A stretch of DNA of 48,601 bases from a virus (lineage: Duplodnaviria; Caudoviricetes). The stretch's first letter is position 1. Each line of letters opens with the position of its first letter. Below are positions 33,236 through 42,738 of the stretch, piece by piece. The DNA lies in IMG/VR virus record IMGVR_UViG_3300020397_000375, positions 1-48,601 of that record; one strand, 5' to 3'. The notes under the pieces were generated by a model. That model had not been told where the DNA came from and did not search any database. It saw only the letters and a program-made list of their open reading frames with translations. A program made the translations under genes and the position numbers.

Positions 33236-33449
33236 GCAGACACAAGGTAATCTAATCTGGGAAGATGAACAGGGAGAAATAGACTTTGATGAGGACCGCA
33301 TGGTGAAATGGTTCTCTATGGCTATAGCAAATCTATCAGCTTTTGATATACCAGATGATGAACAGGCATGGATACTATTTCTGATGGGGGCTGAGACCGC
33401 GATTAGAGGAAATAAGGGAGAGAGTGCAGTTGGTGAGGGGGAAGCGTAA
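33234..33449 (+). CDS. acidic hypothetical protein
   Basis: ORF from MQTQGNL; start uncertain. Confidence 0.5.
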   Translation: MQTQGNLIWEDEQGEIDFDEDRMVKWFSMAIANLSAFDIPDDEQAWILFLMGAETAIRGNKGESAVGEGEA

Positions 33450-33729
33450 TGCAAAAAACTCAAAAAGAAGTACGAACACGCAAAAAATCCAGTGCGAAGG
33501 ATGCGGAGATTGGTTCAGAGCCTGTGACGACACATGGGTCTACCTCGGAACAGGTCAGGCAATCCACCACGGTGGACAGTGGGAAGATTCGTGCCGTCAA
33601 CTTGTCATCGAAAAAAATAGAAGAGCCGCCGCAGAGAGTGGGGTGGTATCAGGCGAAGCTAAACGACCTGAGAGAACAGGACGAGTTAATGAGGCAGAAC
33701 GCCGAAAAGATGCAGACTTCTTCTTCTGA
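33424..33729 (+). CDS. small zinc-finger-like protein
   Basis: CEGC...WV..G.G..HH......C; preferred over the overlapping N-terminal extension of the 33449 ORF. Confidence 0.45.
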   Translation: MQLVRGKRNAKNSKRSTNTQKIQCEGCGDWFRACDDTWVYLGTGQAIHHGGQWEDSCRQLVIEKNRRAAAESGVVSGEAKRPERTGRVNEAERRKDADFFF

Positions 33730-33940
33730 TGAGTTAGTTGACCATCCGTCTCATTACAATCAGGCAGGTATAGAATGTATCGAAGCCATCCGTGCCGCAT
33801 TGGGGCCGGAAGGCTTCTCGTTTTATTGTCAAGGTAATTCCATTAAATATTTATGGCGGTTCCGCTACAAGAACGGGGTACAAGATTTAAAAAAGTGTGA
33901 GAGGTATCTCGAATGGCTGATAAAGGAGATGGATAAGTAA
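33689..33940 (+). CDS. DUF3310 (T7 gp1.7 / SaV-like) protein
   Basis: VDHPSHY....IECIEAI...F...GNSIKYLWR...KNG.QDLKK...YL; frame open from 33449. Confidence 0.8.
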   Translation: MRQNAEKMQTSSSDELVDHPSHYNQAGIECIEAIRAALGPEGFSFYCQGNSIKYLWRFRYKNGVQDLKKCERYLEWLIKEMDK

Positions 33941-34293
33941 TGCTTTATTGCACTGACTTTCGGTATGATTTAAAACGAGGTCAGGAAGCTGAAAGGTGGT
34001 TAGGGGGACTTCTTGAAGGCGATACAATAGAGGTAAAGCGAGATTTTATAGCACACAAGACAAACAGAGTTTATGTTGAGTTTGAGTGCAATGCTAAACC
34101 TTCTGGTATCAAAACAACTGAGGCTGAGTTATGGGCCTTTGTTACGGATATATGTACAATCATTATACCAACAGAACGTCTCAGACTTCTTGTTGAGGAA
34201 GCCATAAAGGATAAGCAATATCGTAGAGGTGGAGACGGACACCGTAGTATTGGCGCATTAATAGAGTTACATCAACTAGTGACGAGTAAATAG
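33940..34293 (+). CDS. PD-(D/E)XK-like nuclease-fold protein
   Basis: DL..G...E....IEVK.D....T..VYVE......PSGI..T.A..W. Confidence 0.6.
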   Translation: MLYCTDFRYDLKRGQEAERWLGGLLEGDTIEVKRDFIAHKTNRVYVEFECNAKPSGIKTTEAELWAFVTDICTIIIPTERLRLLVEEAIKDKQYRRGGDGHRSIGALIELHQLVTSK

Positions 34294-34302
34294 GAGAATA
34301 AG

Positions 34303-34536
34303 ATGACAATGTCCCTAGACATGATTAAGGTTCTTAAAGAACATGCCAGAGCAAACATGAACCTTCACATGGCAAATATCGAGGTTTACTTGAGTAATCC
34401 TGCTGGCATAGGGGAACATTCAGATATACTTGAAGCAGTGCAGGGTGAGTTGGATAAAGCGGCAATACATAAAGACAGGCTTGATTTGCTTGATTGGCAG
34501 TTTGAGGAATACGAAGATTCTGGTTTAGGGGGGTAG
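34303..34536 (+). CDS. hypothetical protein
   Basis: N.EVYL.NPAGIGEHSDI motif that I recognise from marine phages; AGGAG RBS. Confidence 0.7.
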   Translation: MTMSLDMIKVLKEHARANMNLHMANIEVYLSNPAGIGEHSDILEAVQGELDKAAIHKDRLDLLDWQFEEYEDSGLGG

Positions 34537-34540
34537 ACAA

Positions 34541-34867
34541 ATGATGATGGACTTTAATAAGTATCAAGAGAAGACACGAGAAACAGCTATCTACAAGGAT
34601 AAGCTGATTTATCCTGCCCTTGGTCTAGCATCAGAGGCTGGAGAGGTTTGCGATAAGATTAAAAAGGTTCTACGGGATAAGAATGGTGAGTTCACGCAGA
34701 ATGATAGACTTGATATTCGCTTAGAGTTAGGTGATGTCTTGTGGTATGTATCGCAGATAGCAAGCGATTTGGACCTTGGCCTTGAGTCTGTTGCCATACG
34801 GAACATTGAAAAACTCCGCGTTCGCAAAGAGAATGATACCTTGAAGGGTTCGGGCGACAACCGATAG
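34541..34867 (+). CDS. mazG: MazG-like nucleotide pyrophosphohydrolase
   Basis: LGLASEAGEV..K.KK..RD...ELGDVLWY...NIEKL..R....GSGDNR. Confidence 0.9.
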   Translation: MMMDFNKYQEKTRETAIYKDKLIYPALGLASEAGEVCDKIKKVLRDKNGEFTQNDRLDIRLELGDVLWYVSQIASDLDLGLESVAIRNIEKLRVRKENDTLKGSGDNR

Positions 34868-34904
34868 TGTCAAAGGGTACTCTAATAGACATAACAAATA
34901 TAGG

Positions 34905-34931
34905 CATTGAGCCACCAGTACATGATATTTT
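34905..34931 (+). promoter_or_regulatory. late-promoter motif, copy 3 (terL; leaderless geometry)
   Basis: CATTGAGC-N10-TG-A-TATTTT, 6 nt before ATG 34938. Confidence 0.55.
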
Positions 34932-34937
34932 GTATGT

Positions 34938-36449
34938 ATGGAAGCGTCCGCACGCAATATACTAGAAAACCTAGATAAACTTCCACCACAACACTACGAG
35001 GCAGTCAGCAAGGCATTAGCCAACTGGGCAGATGCCAAGAAGGTGGAAGGTGCGAGAAACGACTTTCTTGGCTTCGTCAGGGCGATGTGGCCTTCTTTTA
35101 TAGAAGGGCCGCATCATCGTATCATGGCGGAAAAATTTGAGAAGGTAGCCAACGGCGAGTTGAGGCGGGTCATCATCAACATCGCTCCTCGCCACGGTAA
35201 GTCAGAACTTACGTCTTGGCTCCTTCCCGCTTGGATGCTTGGTAAAGACCCCAGCAAGAAGATTATTGCGGCAACTCACACCGCAGACTTCTCTGTGAGG
35301 TTTGGTCGAAAGGTTCGTAACCTTATCGACACCGATGCATTCAAGTCGGTTTTCCCAAGCGTGTCCTTAAGGGCAGATTCAAAAGCCGCTGGAAGATGGG
35401 ATGTGTCTGGCGGTGGAGAATATTTTGCTGTGGGTGTTGGTGGTGCCATGACTGGTCGTGGTGCTGACTTGTTAATAATAGATGACCCACACTCAGAGAC
35501 TGCGGGTATCAGTCCATCTCTTGAATACTTTGATGGCGTGTACGAATGGTACGCATCAGGCCCAAGACAGCGTCTACAGCCGGGTGGTGCTATCATTATT
35601 GTGATGACTAGATGGCATCAGCTTGATTTAACTGGTCAGATACTATCTTCATCAGAGGAACGCAAGGGGTCTGATAAATGGGAAGTCATTGAACTTCCTG
35701 CACTATATGCAGACGGAGAGCCTCTCTGGCCTGATTTTTGGAGTAGAGAGGAACTTGATGCTCTTAAAGCAGAACTACCAGTATCCAAGTGGGAAGCGCA
35801 GTATCAGCAAAAGCCAACCTCAGAAGAAGGTGCGCTTATAAAAAGAGAGTACTGGAAGGAATGGAGAAAACCAGACCCACCAGTATGTGACTATATTATA
35901 CAGTCAATAGATACCGCCCATACAAAAAACGCAAGGTCTGACTTTTCAGCTATAACGACTTGGGGTGTGTTCAACCATCCCAATGAAGACGGTCAGAACG
36001 TACCGAATATAATTTTGCTTGACGCTGTAAACGAGAAGCTGGAGTTTCCAGAATTAAAAAATCGCGCATTGGAACTTTATTATGCTTATGAACCTGATGG
36101 ATATCTTATCGAAGCAAAAGCGGCTGGTCTGCCGCTTATACAGGAACTTAGGGCATCAGGTATTCCTGTTACTGATTACACTCCGAGTCGCGGTCAAGAT
36201 AAAATGTCGAGAGTTAATTCAATCACTGACATCTTTGCCAACGGTATTGTATGGCACCCATGCACTAGGTGGGCTGAAGAGTTGGTTGAACAATGCGCGG
36301 CGTTCCCTCAAGGGGCGCATGATGACCTTGTGGACTGCACGACCTTGGCGTTGATGAGGTTTAGACAAGGCGGCTTTCTCAGTCTTTACAATGACTTTGA
36401 AGAAGAAGATATGGGCTGGCAACCCCCAAGACGTACACCTTACTATTAA
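34938..36449 (+). CDS. terL: terminase large subunit
   Basis: APRHGKS Walker A, GRGADLLIIDDP Walker B, MTRWH, YQQ.P, SIDTA and HDDLVD nuclease motifs. Confidence 0.95.
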   Translation: MEASARNILENLDKLPPQHYEAVSKALANWADAKKVEGARNDFLGFVRAMWPSFIEGPHHRIMAEKFEKVANGELRRVIINIAPRHGKSELTSWLLPAWMLGKDPSKKIIAATHTADFSVRFGRKVRNLIDTDAFKSVFPSVSLRADSKAAGRWDVSGGGEYFAVGVGGAMTGRGADLLIIDDPHSETAGISPSLEYFDGVYEWYASGPRQRLQPGGAIIIVMTRWHQLDLTGQILSSSEERKGSDKWEVIELPALYADGEPLWPDFWSREELDALKAELPVSKWEAQYQQKPTSEEGALIKREYWKEWRKPDPPVCDYIIQSIDTAHTKNARSDFSAITTWGVFNHPNEDGQNVPNIILLDAVNEKLEFPELKNRALELYYAYEPDGYLIEAKAAGLPLIQELRASGIPVTDYTPSRGQDKMSRVNSITDIFANGIVWHPCTRWAEELVEQCAAFPQGAHDDLVDCTTLALMRFRQGGFLSLYNDFEEEDMGWQPPRRTPYY

Positions 36450-36458
36450 GGATTAAAC

Positions 36459-38798
36459 ATGCAAGAAGATGATATTCAGCAAGATAATGCCCTAGAAATA
36501 GGTGTCGTGAATCCAGAAGCAGTTATTATAAATGACGATGACGGTGGTGTAGTCATAGACTTCACACCAATGTCAGCAGAGCCTCAGGTAGGTTTCAATG
36601 CCAATTTAGCCGAACATATGGACGAGTCTGAACTTTCTCTCCTTTCATCAGACTTAATAGCGGCATACGATGAAGACCGGGCTTCCCGTGCAGAATGGGA
36701 AGAGGCTTACATTGATGGCCTTGACCTACTTGGGGTCAAGATAGAGGACAGGACTACACCTTTTGACGGTGCCACTGGGGTGTCACACCCTATACTTAGT
36801 GAGGCAGTTATTAGATTTGTTTCACAGGCCATGATGGAAATATTCCCACCCAACGGACCAGTCAGAACAACTGTTGTTGGGAACACGACTAAGGAAAGAG
36901 AAGAACAGGCTAGAAGAGTTCAAGACTACATGAACTACTTGCTGACCGAAGAGATAGAAGAGTACAGACCTTCCACAGAACAACTTCTATTCAAAACAGC
37001 TTTGGCTGGCTCTGGTTTTAGAAAGGTTTACTACGACCAACAGCACAACCGACCAGATAGTATATTTGTTCCAGCAGAAGATTTTGTTGTTAGTTACGAA
37101 ACAACAGATATTAAATCTTCACCTAGATACACACATGTCATGCGAAAGAGTGATAACTTTGTTCGCAGGATGCAGTTAAATGAGTTCTACAGAGACGTAG
37201 ATATAGGAGACCCATCTGATGAAGGAAGCGACATCCAGACCAAATACAACGAACTCACAGGAGTTACAGAGGTCTCGGAGACAGATGTCCGAACACTCCT
37301 CGAAATGCACGTTGAACTCGACCTCGCAGGATTTGAACACACATCAAAAGATGGAGAAGCAACAGGACTCAGCTTGCCATACGTTGTCACAATCGACCAC
37401 TCCTCAGGAACCATTTTATCTATTCGGCGTAATTACGAAGAGGGTGACCCATTAAACGAACCATTCCAACACTTTGTTCACTATAAGTTTCAGCCCGGAT
37501 TGGGTTTTTATGGGTTTGGTCTAATCCACTTAATAGGCTCTATAGCAAAATCATCAACATCAATTCTTCGTCAACTTATTGATGCTGGCACTCTGGCTAA
37601 TTTACCTGCTGGTTTCAAGGCCCGTGGTCTGCGTATCAAGGGAGATGACCGCCCCATTGAACCCGGCGAGTTCAGAGATATTGACCTGCCCGGCGGCGCA
37701 ATTCGCGATAACATCTTACCCTTACCGTTCAAGGAGCCTTCACCTACACTTGCCCAACTTATGGGAGTTCTGGTTGATGAAGGTCGCCGCATAGCTTCTA
37801 TTGCTGATATGAATATAGGTGAAGGTAATCAAGAAGCACCAGTGGGAACAACTATAGCATTGATTGAACGCTCTATGAAAGTGATGTCGGCGGTTCATGC
37901 CAGACTACATAACAGCTTGCGTAGAGAGTTTAAACTTCTTTCAAATATCATTAAGGAGTCAATGCCAGAATACCCATATGAAGTTGGTGAAGACCCTTTG
38001 ATTGCAAGGTCTGATTTTGATGACCGTGTTGATATAATTCCTGTTTCTGACCCGAATGCCACAAGTTTTGCACAAAGAATTATGCAACAACAGGCCGCTA
38101 TGCAAACCGCATCACAGGCACCACAGTTGTATGATTTGCGTAAACTTCACAGGGCTTTCCTTAGTACAGTTGGTATAGAAAACATATCAGATATCATACC
38201 AGACCCAACAGAGGTTCCAGCATTTGACCCAGTTTCTGAGAATGCAAGAGCGATGTCTGGTGCGCCTATCAAGGTTTTCTCTTATCAAGACCACGACAGT
38301 CATATCGCCGCACATATGTCACTGATGCAAGACCCAAGTTTGCAACAGAACCCAATGGCGAAGCAAATACAAGCTATAATCTCCTCTCATATATCTGAAC
38401 ATATGGCACACAAGTACAGAAACGATGCACAGGAATTAATTGGCGAGGACTTACCAGAACTTGGAAATGAGGAAGCTGGTCTATCTCAGCAGGAAGAAAT
38501 GAACATTTCTGCACAGGCGGCACAAGCGGCGGCTGAGATAACTGGAAAAGCGCAACAACAGGCTGTATTGGAAAAACAAATGCAAGCGGCAAAAGACCCA
38601 GTAGTCCAGATGCAACAAGCAGAATTACAAATAGAACAAGCCAAGATACAACAAAAGGCTACAGAAGCACAGCAAGACGCACAGGTAGAATTGCAAAAAG
38701 CCAATATGCGTCAACAGCTTGAAAGAGAAAGACTCCAGCAACAGCGTGAAATAGCGGCGGCAAAAATACAGGCGGACCTAGTTAAGAAAAGCCGATAA
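36459..38798 (+). CDS. portal protein
   Basis: Follows terL; HP.L.EA...F, G.GFYG.GL..L and APVGTT.AL motifs with a Q-rich C-terminal barrel, as in P22-like portals. Confidence 0.9.
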   Translation: MQEDDIQQDNALEIGVVNPEAVIINDDDGGVVIDFTPMSAEPQVGFNANLAEHMDESELSLLSSDLIAAYDEDRASRAEWEEAYIDGLDLLGVKIEDRTTPFDGATGVSHPILSEAVIRFVSQAMMEIFPPNGPVRTTVVGNTTKEREEQARRVQDYMNYLLTEEIEEYRPSTEQLLFKTALAGSGFRKVYYDQQHNRPDSIFVPAEDFVVSYETTDIKSSPRYTHVMRKSDNFVRRMQLNEFYRDVDIGDPSDEGSDIQTKYNELTGVTEVSETDVRTLLEMHVELDLAGFEHTSKDGEATGLSLPYVVTIDHSSGTILSIRRNYEEGDPLNEPFQHFVHYKFQPGLGFYGFGLIHLIGSIAKSSTSILRQLIDAGTLANLPAGFKARGLRIKGDDRPIEPGEFRDIDLPGGAIRDNILPLPFKEPSPTLAQLMGVLVDEGRRIASIADMNIGEGNQEAPVGTTIALIERSMKVMSAVHARLHNSLRREFKLLSNIIKESMPEYPYEVGEDPLIARSDFDDRVDIIPVSDPNATSFAQRIMQQQAAMQTASQAPQLYDLRKLHRAFLSTVGIENISDIIPDPTEVPAFDPVSENARAMSGAPIKVFSYQDHDSHIAAHMSLMQDPSLQQNPMAKQIQAIISSHISEHMAHKYRNDAQELIGEDLPELGNEEAGLSQQEEMNISAQAAQAAAEITGKAQQQAVLEKQMQAAKDPVVQMQQAELQIEQAKIQQKATEAQQDAQVELQKANMRQQLERERLQQQREIAAAKIQADLVKKSR

Positions 38799-38808
38799 TT
38801 TTTTGACA

Positions 38809-38835
38809 CATTGACCACTTAACGTGTGTTATAAA
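38809..38835 (+). promoter_or_regulatory. late-promoter motif, copy 4 (head operon)
   Basis: CATTGACC-N10-TG-T-TATAAA. Confidence 0.55.
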
Positions 38836-38855
38836 TAAAATACAAGGAGTTGTAC

Positions 38856-39059
38856 ATGAGCGACCCAAGCGTTCATGCTTTTGCGGACGAGTGCCGCAAG
38901 ATAATTAGAACTTACATGAACGAGTTAACTGATAATGTTGCACTCGGTTCTGCAAAAACCTTTGAAGAATATCAAAGAACGGTAGGCCAAATAGAAGGTT
39001 TGGCTATCGCAGAGAGGGAATTATTGAACCTTCTCAACCTCTCCAGCGAAGAGGATTGA
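38856..39059 (+). CDS. small helical protein upstream of groES
   Basis: G.A..FEEYQR.VGQIEGL motif; AAGGAG RBS. Confidence 0.7.
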   Translation: MSDPSVHAFADECRKIIRTYMNELTDNVALGSAKTFEEYQRTVGQIEGLAIAERELLNLLNLSSEED

Positions 39060-39103
39060 CGGCCTAGCTTGACCGCAAACTTAAGAAAGCTAAAGGAGTA
39101 AAA

Positions 39104-39481
39104 ATGACATCCGTATACAGTACGGGTGCGGTTGTTATACCTGACAACCCGCCAGTTCCGAAGGGCTATCACTTGTTGATAGTGATGCCAAAGGTAGATG
39201 AAAAAACAAAGGGCGGCATTCTACTGCCCGGAGAAGTTAAAAGTCGTGAAGACGTAGCTTCGATTGTTGGTAAAGTTATTTCTGTCGGGGATACTTGCTA
39301 TCCTGAGACAGACCCAAGGTTTGCTTCTGGGCCGTGGTGTCAAGAAGGAGACTGGGTGATGGTCAGCAAGTATGCTGGTCACCGCTTTGAGTATGACGGT
39401 GTTGAAATGCGTGTCATGAATGATGACTCTATTCTTGCCGTTGTGGATGACCCAACCAAAGTATCGAGGGCTACAGCATGA
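39104..39481 (+). CDS. groES: co-chaperonin GroES (Cpn10)
   Basis: P.GY.LL....EKTKGGILLP...GKVISVG...GDWV...KYAG.......R.MNDD.ILAVV. Confidence 0.9.
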   Translation: MTSVYSTGAVVIPDNPPVPKGYHLLIVMPKVDEKTKGGILLPGEVKSREDVASIVGKVISVGDTCYPETDPRFASGPWCQEGDWVMVSKYAGHRFEYDGVEMRVMNDDSILAVVDDPTKVSRATA

Positions 39482-40335
39482 ACGAAGAAGATATTAAGGA
39501 TAACGATGAACTGGAAGTCGAAGTTGAGGAGAGTGAAGAAGAAACTCCGAAAGCTGAAGCGCAAGTTCAAGACGATGTTTCTGGGCAAGGGTTAGCTGAG
39601 TCTGACGAACAACCAAAGAAATCGTCTAAGTTTCAAAAACGTATAGACGACTTGGTTCACAAACAACGTGAAGCAGAGCGTCAAAGAGATGAGTATTATA
39701 AAGTCGCCCAAAAGGTGATGGACGAAAACAACAGTCTTCGTAAGAAAGCACAAGAGTTTTCAACATCATCTGTCACAGAAATGGAAGCCCGAATAGAGGC
39801 TGACATGGAGAAGGCAAAGGCTGACTACAAAAAGGCATATGAAGAGGGTGACTCTGATAGGCTAGTCGAAGCGCAGGAAAGGATGTTCAAGGCAACATCC
39901 AAGGTAGGCGAACTAGACTCTATGAAGAGACAAGCCGCCCCAGAAAATTATAAAGAACTAGACCCGATTGCACCACCTCCAGACCAAAGAGCGGTAGAGT
40001 GGGCTAGTAAAAATTCTTGGTTTAACAAAGATTCTGTTATGACCAATGCCGCATACGCTATTCATGACGAGGTTGTGAAGAGTGGCGTAGAGGTAAGTAG
40101 TGATGCTTACTATAATGCCATCGACAGGCGTATGCGTGAGGAGTTTCCTCATAAGTTTCAGGACGAGGCACAGGACACGCCAAGTTCTAATCGTAACACT
40201 ATAGTTACGCCGGGTGGCAACGAAAGTGGCCGTTCCAAGAAAGTCCGACTCTCACCTTCACAGGTGGCCGTAGCGAAGCGTTTAGGTGTACCCCTAGAGG
40301 AATACGCTAAACAGTTTGTTGCGCTTGATAAATAA
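39478..40335 (+). CDS. capsid scaffolding protein
   Basis: Acidic N-terminus, KRI..L coiled coil, W...N.WF, C-terminal VRLS.SQVA.AKRLGVPLEEYAK. Confidence 0.75.
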   Translation: MNEEDIKDNDELEVEVEESEEETPKAEAQVQDDVSGQGLAESDEQPKKSSKFQKRIDDLVHKQREAERQRDEYYKVAQKVMDENNSLRKKAQEFSTSSVTEMEARIEADMEKAKADYKKAYEEGDSDRLVEAQERMFKATSKVGELDSMKRQAAPENYKELDPIAPPPDQRAVEWASKNSWFNKDSVMTNAAYAIHDEVVKSGVEVSSDAYYNAIDRRMREEFPHKFQDEAQDTPSSNRNTIVTPGGNESGRSKKVRLSPSQVAVAKRLGVPLEEYAKQFVALDK

Positions 40336-40347
40336 GGAGACATCTTT

Positions 40348-40815
40348 ATGTCCGAAACAGCAAAAGCATCTCGTACCCCCCGTTCTGTAGAGAAGCGTGA
40401 ACAGGAGTTACGCCCCCAAAATTGGTCACCACCTAATATGTTGCCAGACCCTTACCCTAAGGATGGCTTCACCTTTAAGTGGGTTCGCATATCAACTCAG
40501 GGCCAAGACGACCCGATGAACTACTCCAAAAAACTCCGTGAGGGGTGGGAAGCAGTTCCAATCGAAGAAGCCCCTGAGATGGAACATCTTGTTCTTGACC
40601 CGAACCCCCGCTTTGAAGGTAAGGTAGAGGTTGGTGGTTTGCTTCTCTGCCGGATGCCCGATAGCATGGCGGCTCAACGCAATGAATACTACCAGCGTCA
40701 ATCACAAGACGCCATTACTTCCGTTGACAACCAGCTTATGAGGGAATCCAACCCACGGATGCCGATTAACGCCCCAGAGCGTACAAGTCGTGTGTCCTTT
40801 GGAAAAGGCTCCTAA
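40348..40815 (+). CDS. head-operon protein of unknown function
   Basis: W.PP..LP.P...G..F.WVR...N..K.LREGWE...GGLLLCR.P. Confidence 0.7.
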   Translation: MSETAKASRTPRSVEKREQELRPQNWSPPNMLPDPYPKDGFTFKWVRISTQGQDDPMNYSKKLREGWEAVPIEEAPEMEHLVLDPNPRFEGKVEVGGLLLCRMPDSMAAQRNEYYQRQSQDAITSVDNQLMRESNPRMPINAPERTSRVSFGKGS

Positions 40816-40859
40816 CACGAGGTTAGGGGCTGTTAACCCTTGAAACTAGGAGGACTTAA

Positions 40860-41456
40860 ATGTCTGCTACTTCAGCCCCTCGCGGTTTGAAGCCGATTGG
40901 TCTCCTTGGGGGTATGCCGTTTGCTGGCTCGACTAGAGAATATCTCATTAAATCAGGCTATGCGACAGCAATCTTCAACGGTGACGTAGTTGGTTTGGCT
41001 GATACCGCAAACTCCACAGACGATGGTTTTATCGTCCGTGAACCTGTGGCTTCTGAAGTCAATCCGATTGGTGTGTTTTTGGGTGTGTCATACACAGACC
41101 CATCCACTGGTCAACTGACTCACAAGCAATTTTATCCCGGCAGTATAGCCGCCTCTGACATAAAGGCGATTGTTTCTGTCAATCCATTCACACTGTACGA
41201 AGTACAGGCAGATGATGCCATTGCACAAACGCAACTCGGCATGACTGCTGACCTTGTTCAGACCCAAGCTGGTTCTACCGTAACAGGTAATTCTGGTGTA
41301 CAGCTTGATGCTTCAACAGCATCAGTTGGTGGTGAACTGTTCAAGATAATTGACTTCGTGGACCGCGTGGGTTCAACAATCGGTGACGCCAAAACTGACG
41401 TTATCGTTATGATGAACCAGACCGAACATGCGTTCCTTGCAGACGCGATAACATAA
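40860..41456 (+). CDS. capsid decoration / cement-like protein
   Basis: Directly upstream of the MCP; beta-rich, with IFNGD.V and GVF.G..Y.D motifs. Confidence 0.6.
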   Translation: MSATSAPRGLKPIGLLGGMPFAGSTREYLIKSGYATAIFNGDVVGLADTANSTDDGFIVREPVASEVNPIGVFLGVSYTDPSTGQLTHKQFYPGSIAASDIKAIVSVNPFTLYEVQADDAIAQTQLGMTADLVQTQAGSTVTGNSGVQLDASTASVGGELFKIIDFVDRVGSTIGDAKTDVIVMMNQTEHAFLADAIT

Positions 41457-41468
41457 GGGAGTTGTAAA

Positions 41469-42398
41469 ATGGCTATTGCACGCGCACAGCTAATGAAAGA
41501 ACTCCTGCCGGGTCTGAATGCACTGTTCGGCATGGAGTACGCACGCTACCCAGAAGAGTGGCGTGCTTGCTTTGAGGTTGAAAACTCAGAGCGTTCCTTT
41601 GAAGAGGAAACAAAATTGAGTGGCTTTGGTGCCGCTCCTGTGAAGGATGAAGGTGCCGCCATCACTTATGATGACGCACAAGAAGCCTACACAAGCCGCT
41701 ACACACACGAAACAATGGCAATGGGCTTCAGCATCACTGAAGAAGCTGTTGAAGATAACCTGTACGACTCATTGTCTGCACGTTATACCAAAGCCTTGGC
41801 TCGTGCGTTCCAGCACACAAAAGAAGTGAAAGGCGCAGACCTGTTCAACTCTGGCTTTACTGGTCAGGTTGGTGGTGACGGCGTTTCTCTGTTCAACGCT
41901 TCACACCCACTCGTAAACGGTGGAACTAACGGCAACCGTCCGTCAGTAGCTGTGGACCTGAACGAAACTTCGCTGGAAGCTGGCATCATTGCCATCGGCA
42001 AATGGACAGACGAGCGTGGCCTCAAGATTGCCGCCCGTCCGACCAAGCTGGTGATTCCGTCTGACCTTCAGTTCGTTGCAGAACGCTTGATGAAGTCTGA
42101 ACTTTCTACTGTTGCTGGTGGTACTGGCGATGGTACGTTTGCTAAGAACGACATCAATGCAATTCGTTCAATGTCTTCAATTCCGGGTGGCTACATGGTC
42201 AACCATTACTTGACAGACGTTGATGCATGGTTCTTGGGAACAGACATCCCGAATGGCTTTAAGCACTTTGTTCGTGTTCCAATGAAGACTTCAATGGAAG
42301 GCGACTTTGAAACTGGTAACGTCCGCTACAAAGGTCGTGAGCGTTACAGCTTTGGCTACTCAGACCCGCTGGCCTACTACGGCTCACCGGGTGCTTAA
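41469..42398 (+). CDS. major capsid protein (HK97 fold)
   Basis: MAI.RAQL.KELLPGLNALFG.EY...S.R.FEE...GFG.A..K.EG...RERYSFG.SD; followed by a terminator. Confidence 0.9.
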   Translation: MAIARAQLMKELLPGLNALFGMEYARYPEEWRACFEVENSERSFEEETKLSGFGAAPVKDEGAAITYDDAQEAYTSRYTHETMAMGFSITEEAVEDNLYDSLSARYTKALARAFQHTKEVKGADLFNSGFTGQVGGDGVSLFNASHPLVNGGTNGNRPSVAVDLNETSLEAGIIAIGKWTDERGLKIAARPTKLVIPSDLQFVAERLMKSELSTVAGGTGDGTFAKNDINAIRSMSSIPGGYMVNHYLTDVDAWFLGTDIPNGFKHFVRVPMKTSMEGDFETGNVRYKGRERYSFGYSDPLAYYGSPGA

Positions 42399-42408
42399 AC
42401 ACCTTAGA

Positions 42409-42436
42409 GGGGCGAGGCAACTCGCCCCCCTTTTTT
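42409..42436 (+). terminator. intrinsic terminator after the MCP
   Basis: GGGGCGAG-GCAA-CTCGCCCC followed by a T run. Confidence 0.9.
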
Positions 42437-42453
42437 GCTATTCGGAGGAATGA

Positions 42454-42738
42454 ATGTCGGACATTACCGCAACAACCGTTACCGCAGACGGCGTTGCCGT
42501 TAACCACGCGGCACGGGTAAAATCAATTTATTATATCCGTACATCTAATGCTGGTTCGCTAGTTCTGAAGGATGGCGGTGCAAGCGGAACAACTCTACTT
42601 ACATTGACTGTTCCAGCCACAGAGGCAGGGGAAGACGAGAGTAACACTCTCACAATACCATCTGACGGAATCAGGTTTTCAACAAACGTATATGTTGATG
42701 TCACCAATGTCAGTTCCGTAACCCTATTCCATGCCTAG
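42454..42738 (+). CDS. small beta-rich virion protein
   Basis: L.DGGASGT....IP.DGI.F; GGAGG RBS. Confidence 0.65.
   Translation: MSDITATTVTADGVAVNHAARVKSIYYIRTSNAGSLVLKDGGASGTTLLTLTVPATEAGEDESNTLTIPSDGIRFSTNVYVDVTNVSSVTLFHA

Noticed and set aside
33449-33688. N-terminal 80 aa of the 163-aa DUF3310 ORF
   Set aside because: Low-complexity and fully overlapping a more protein-like Cys/His ORF; start at 33689 preferred, although ATG 33449 matches sRNA box A and cannot be ruled out.
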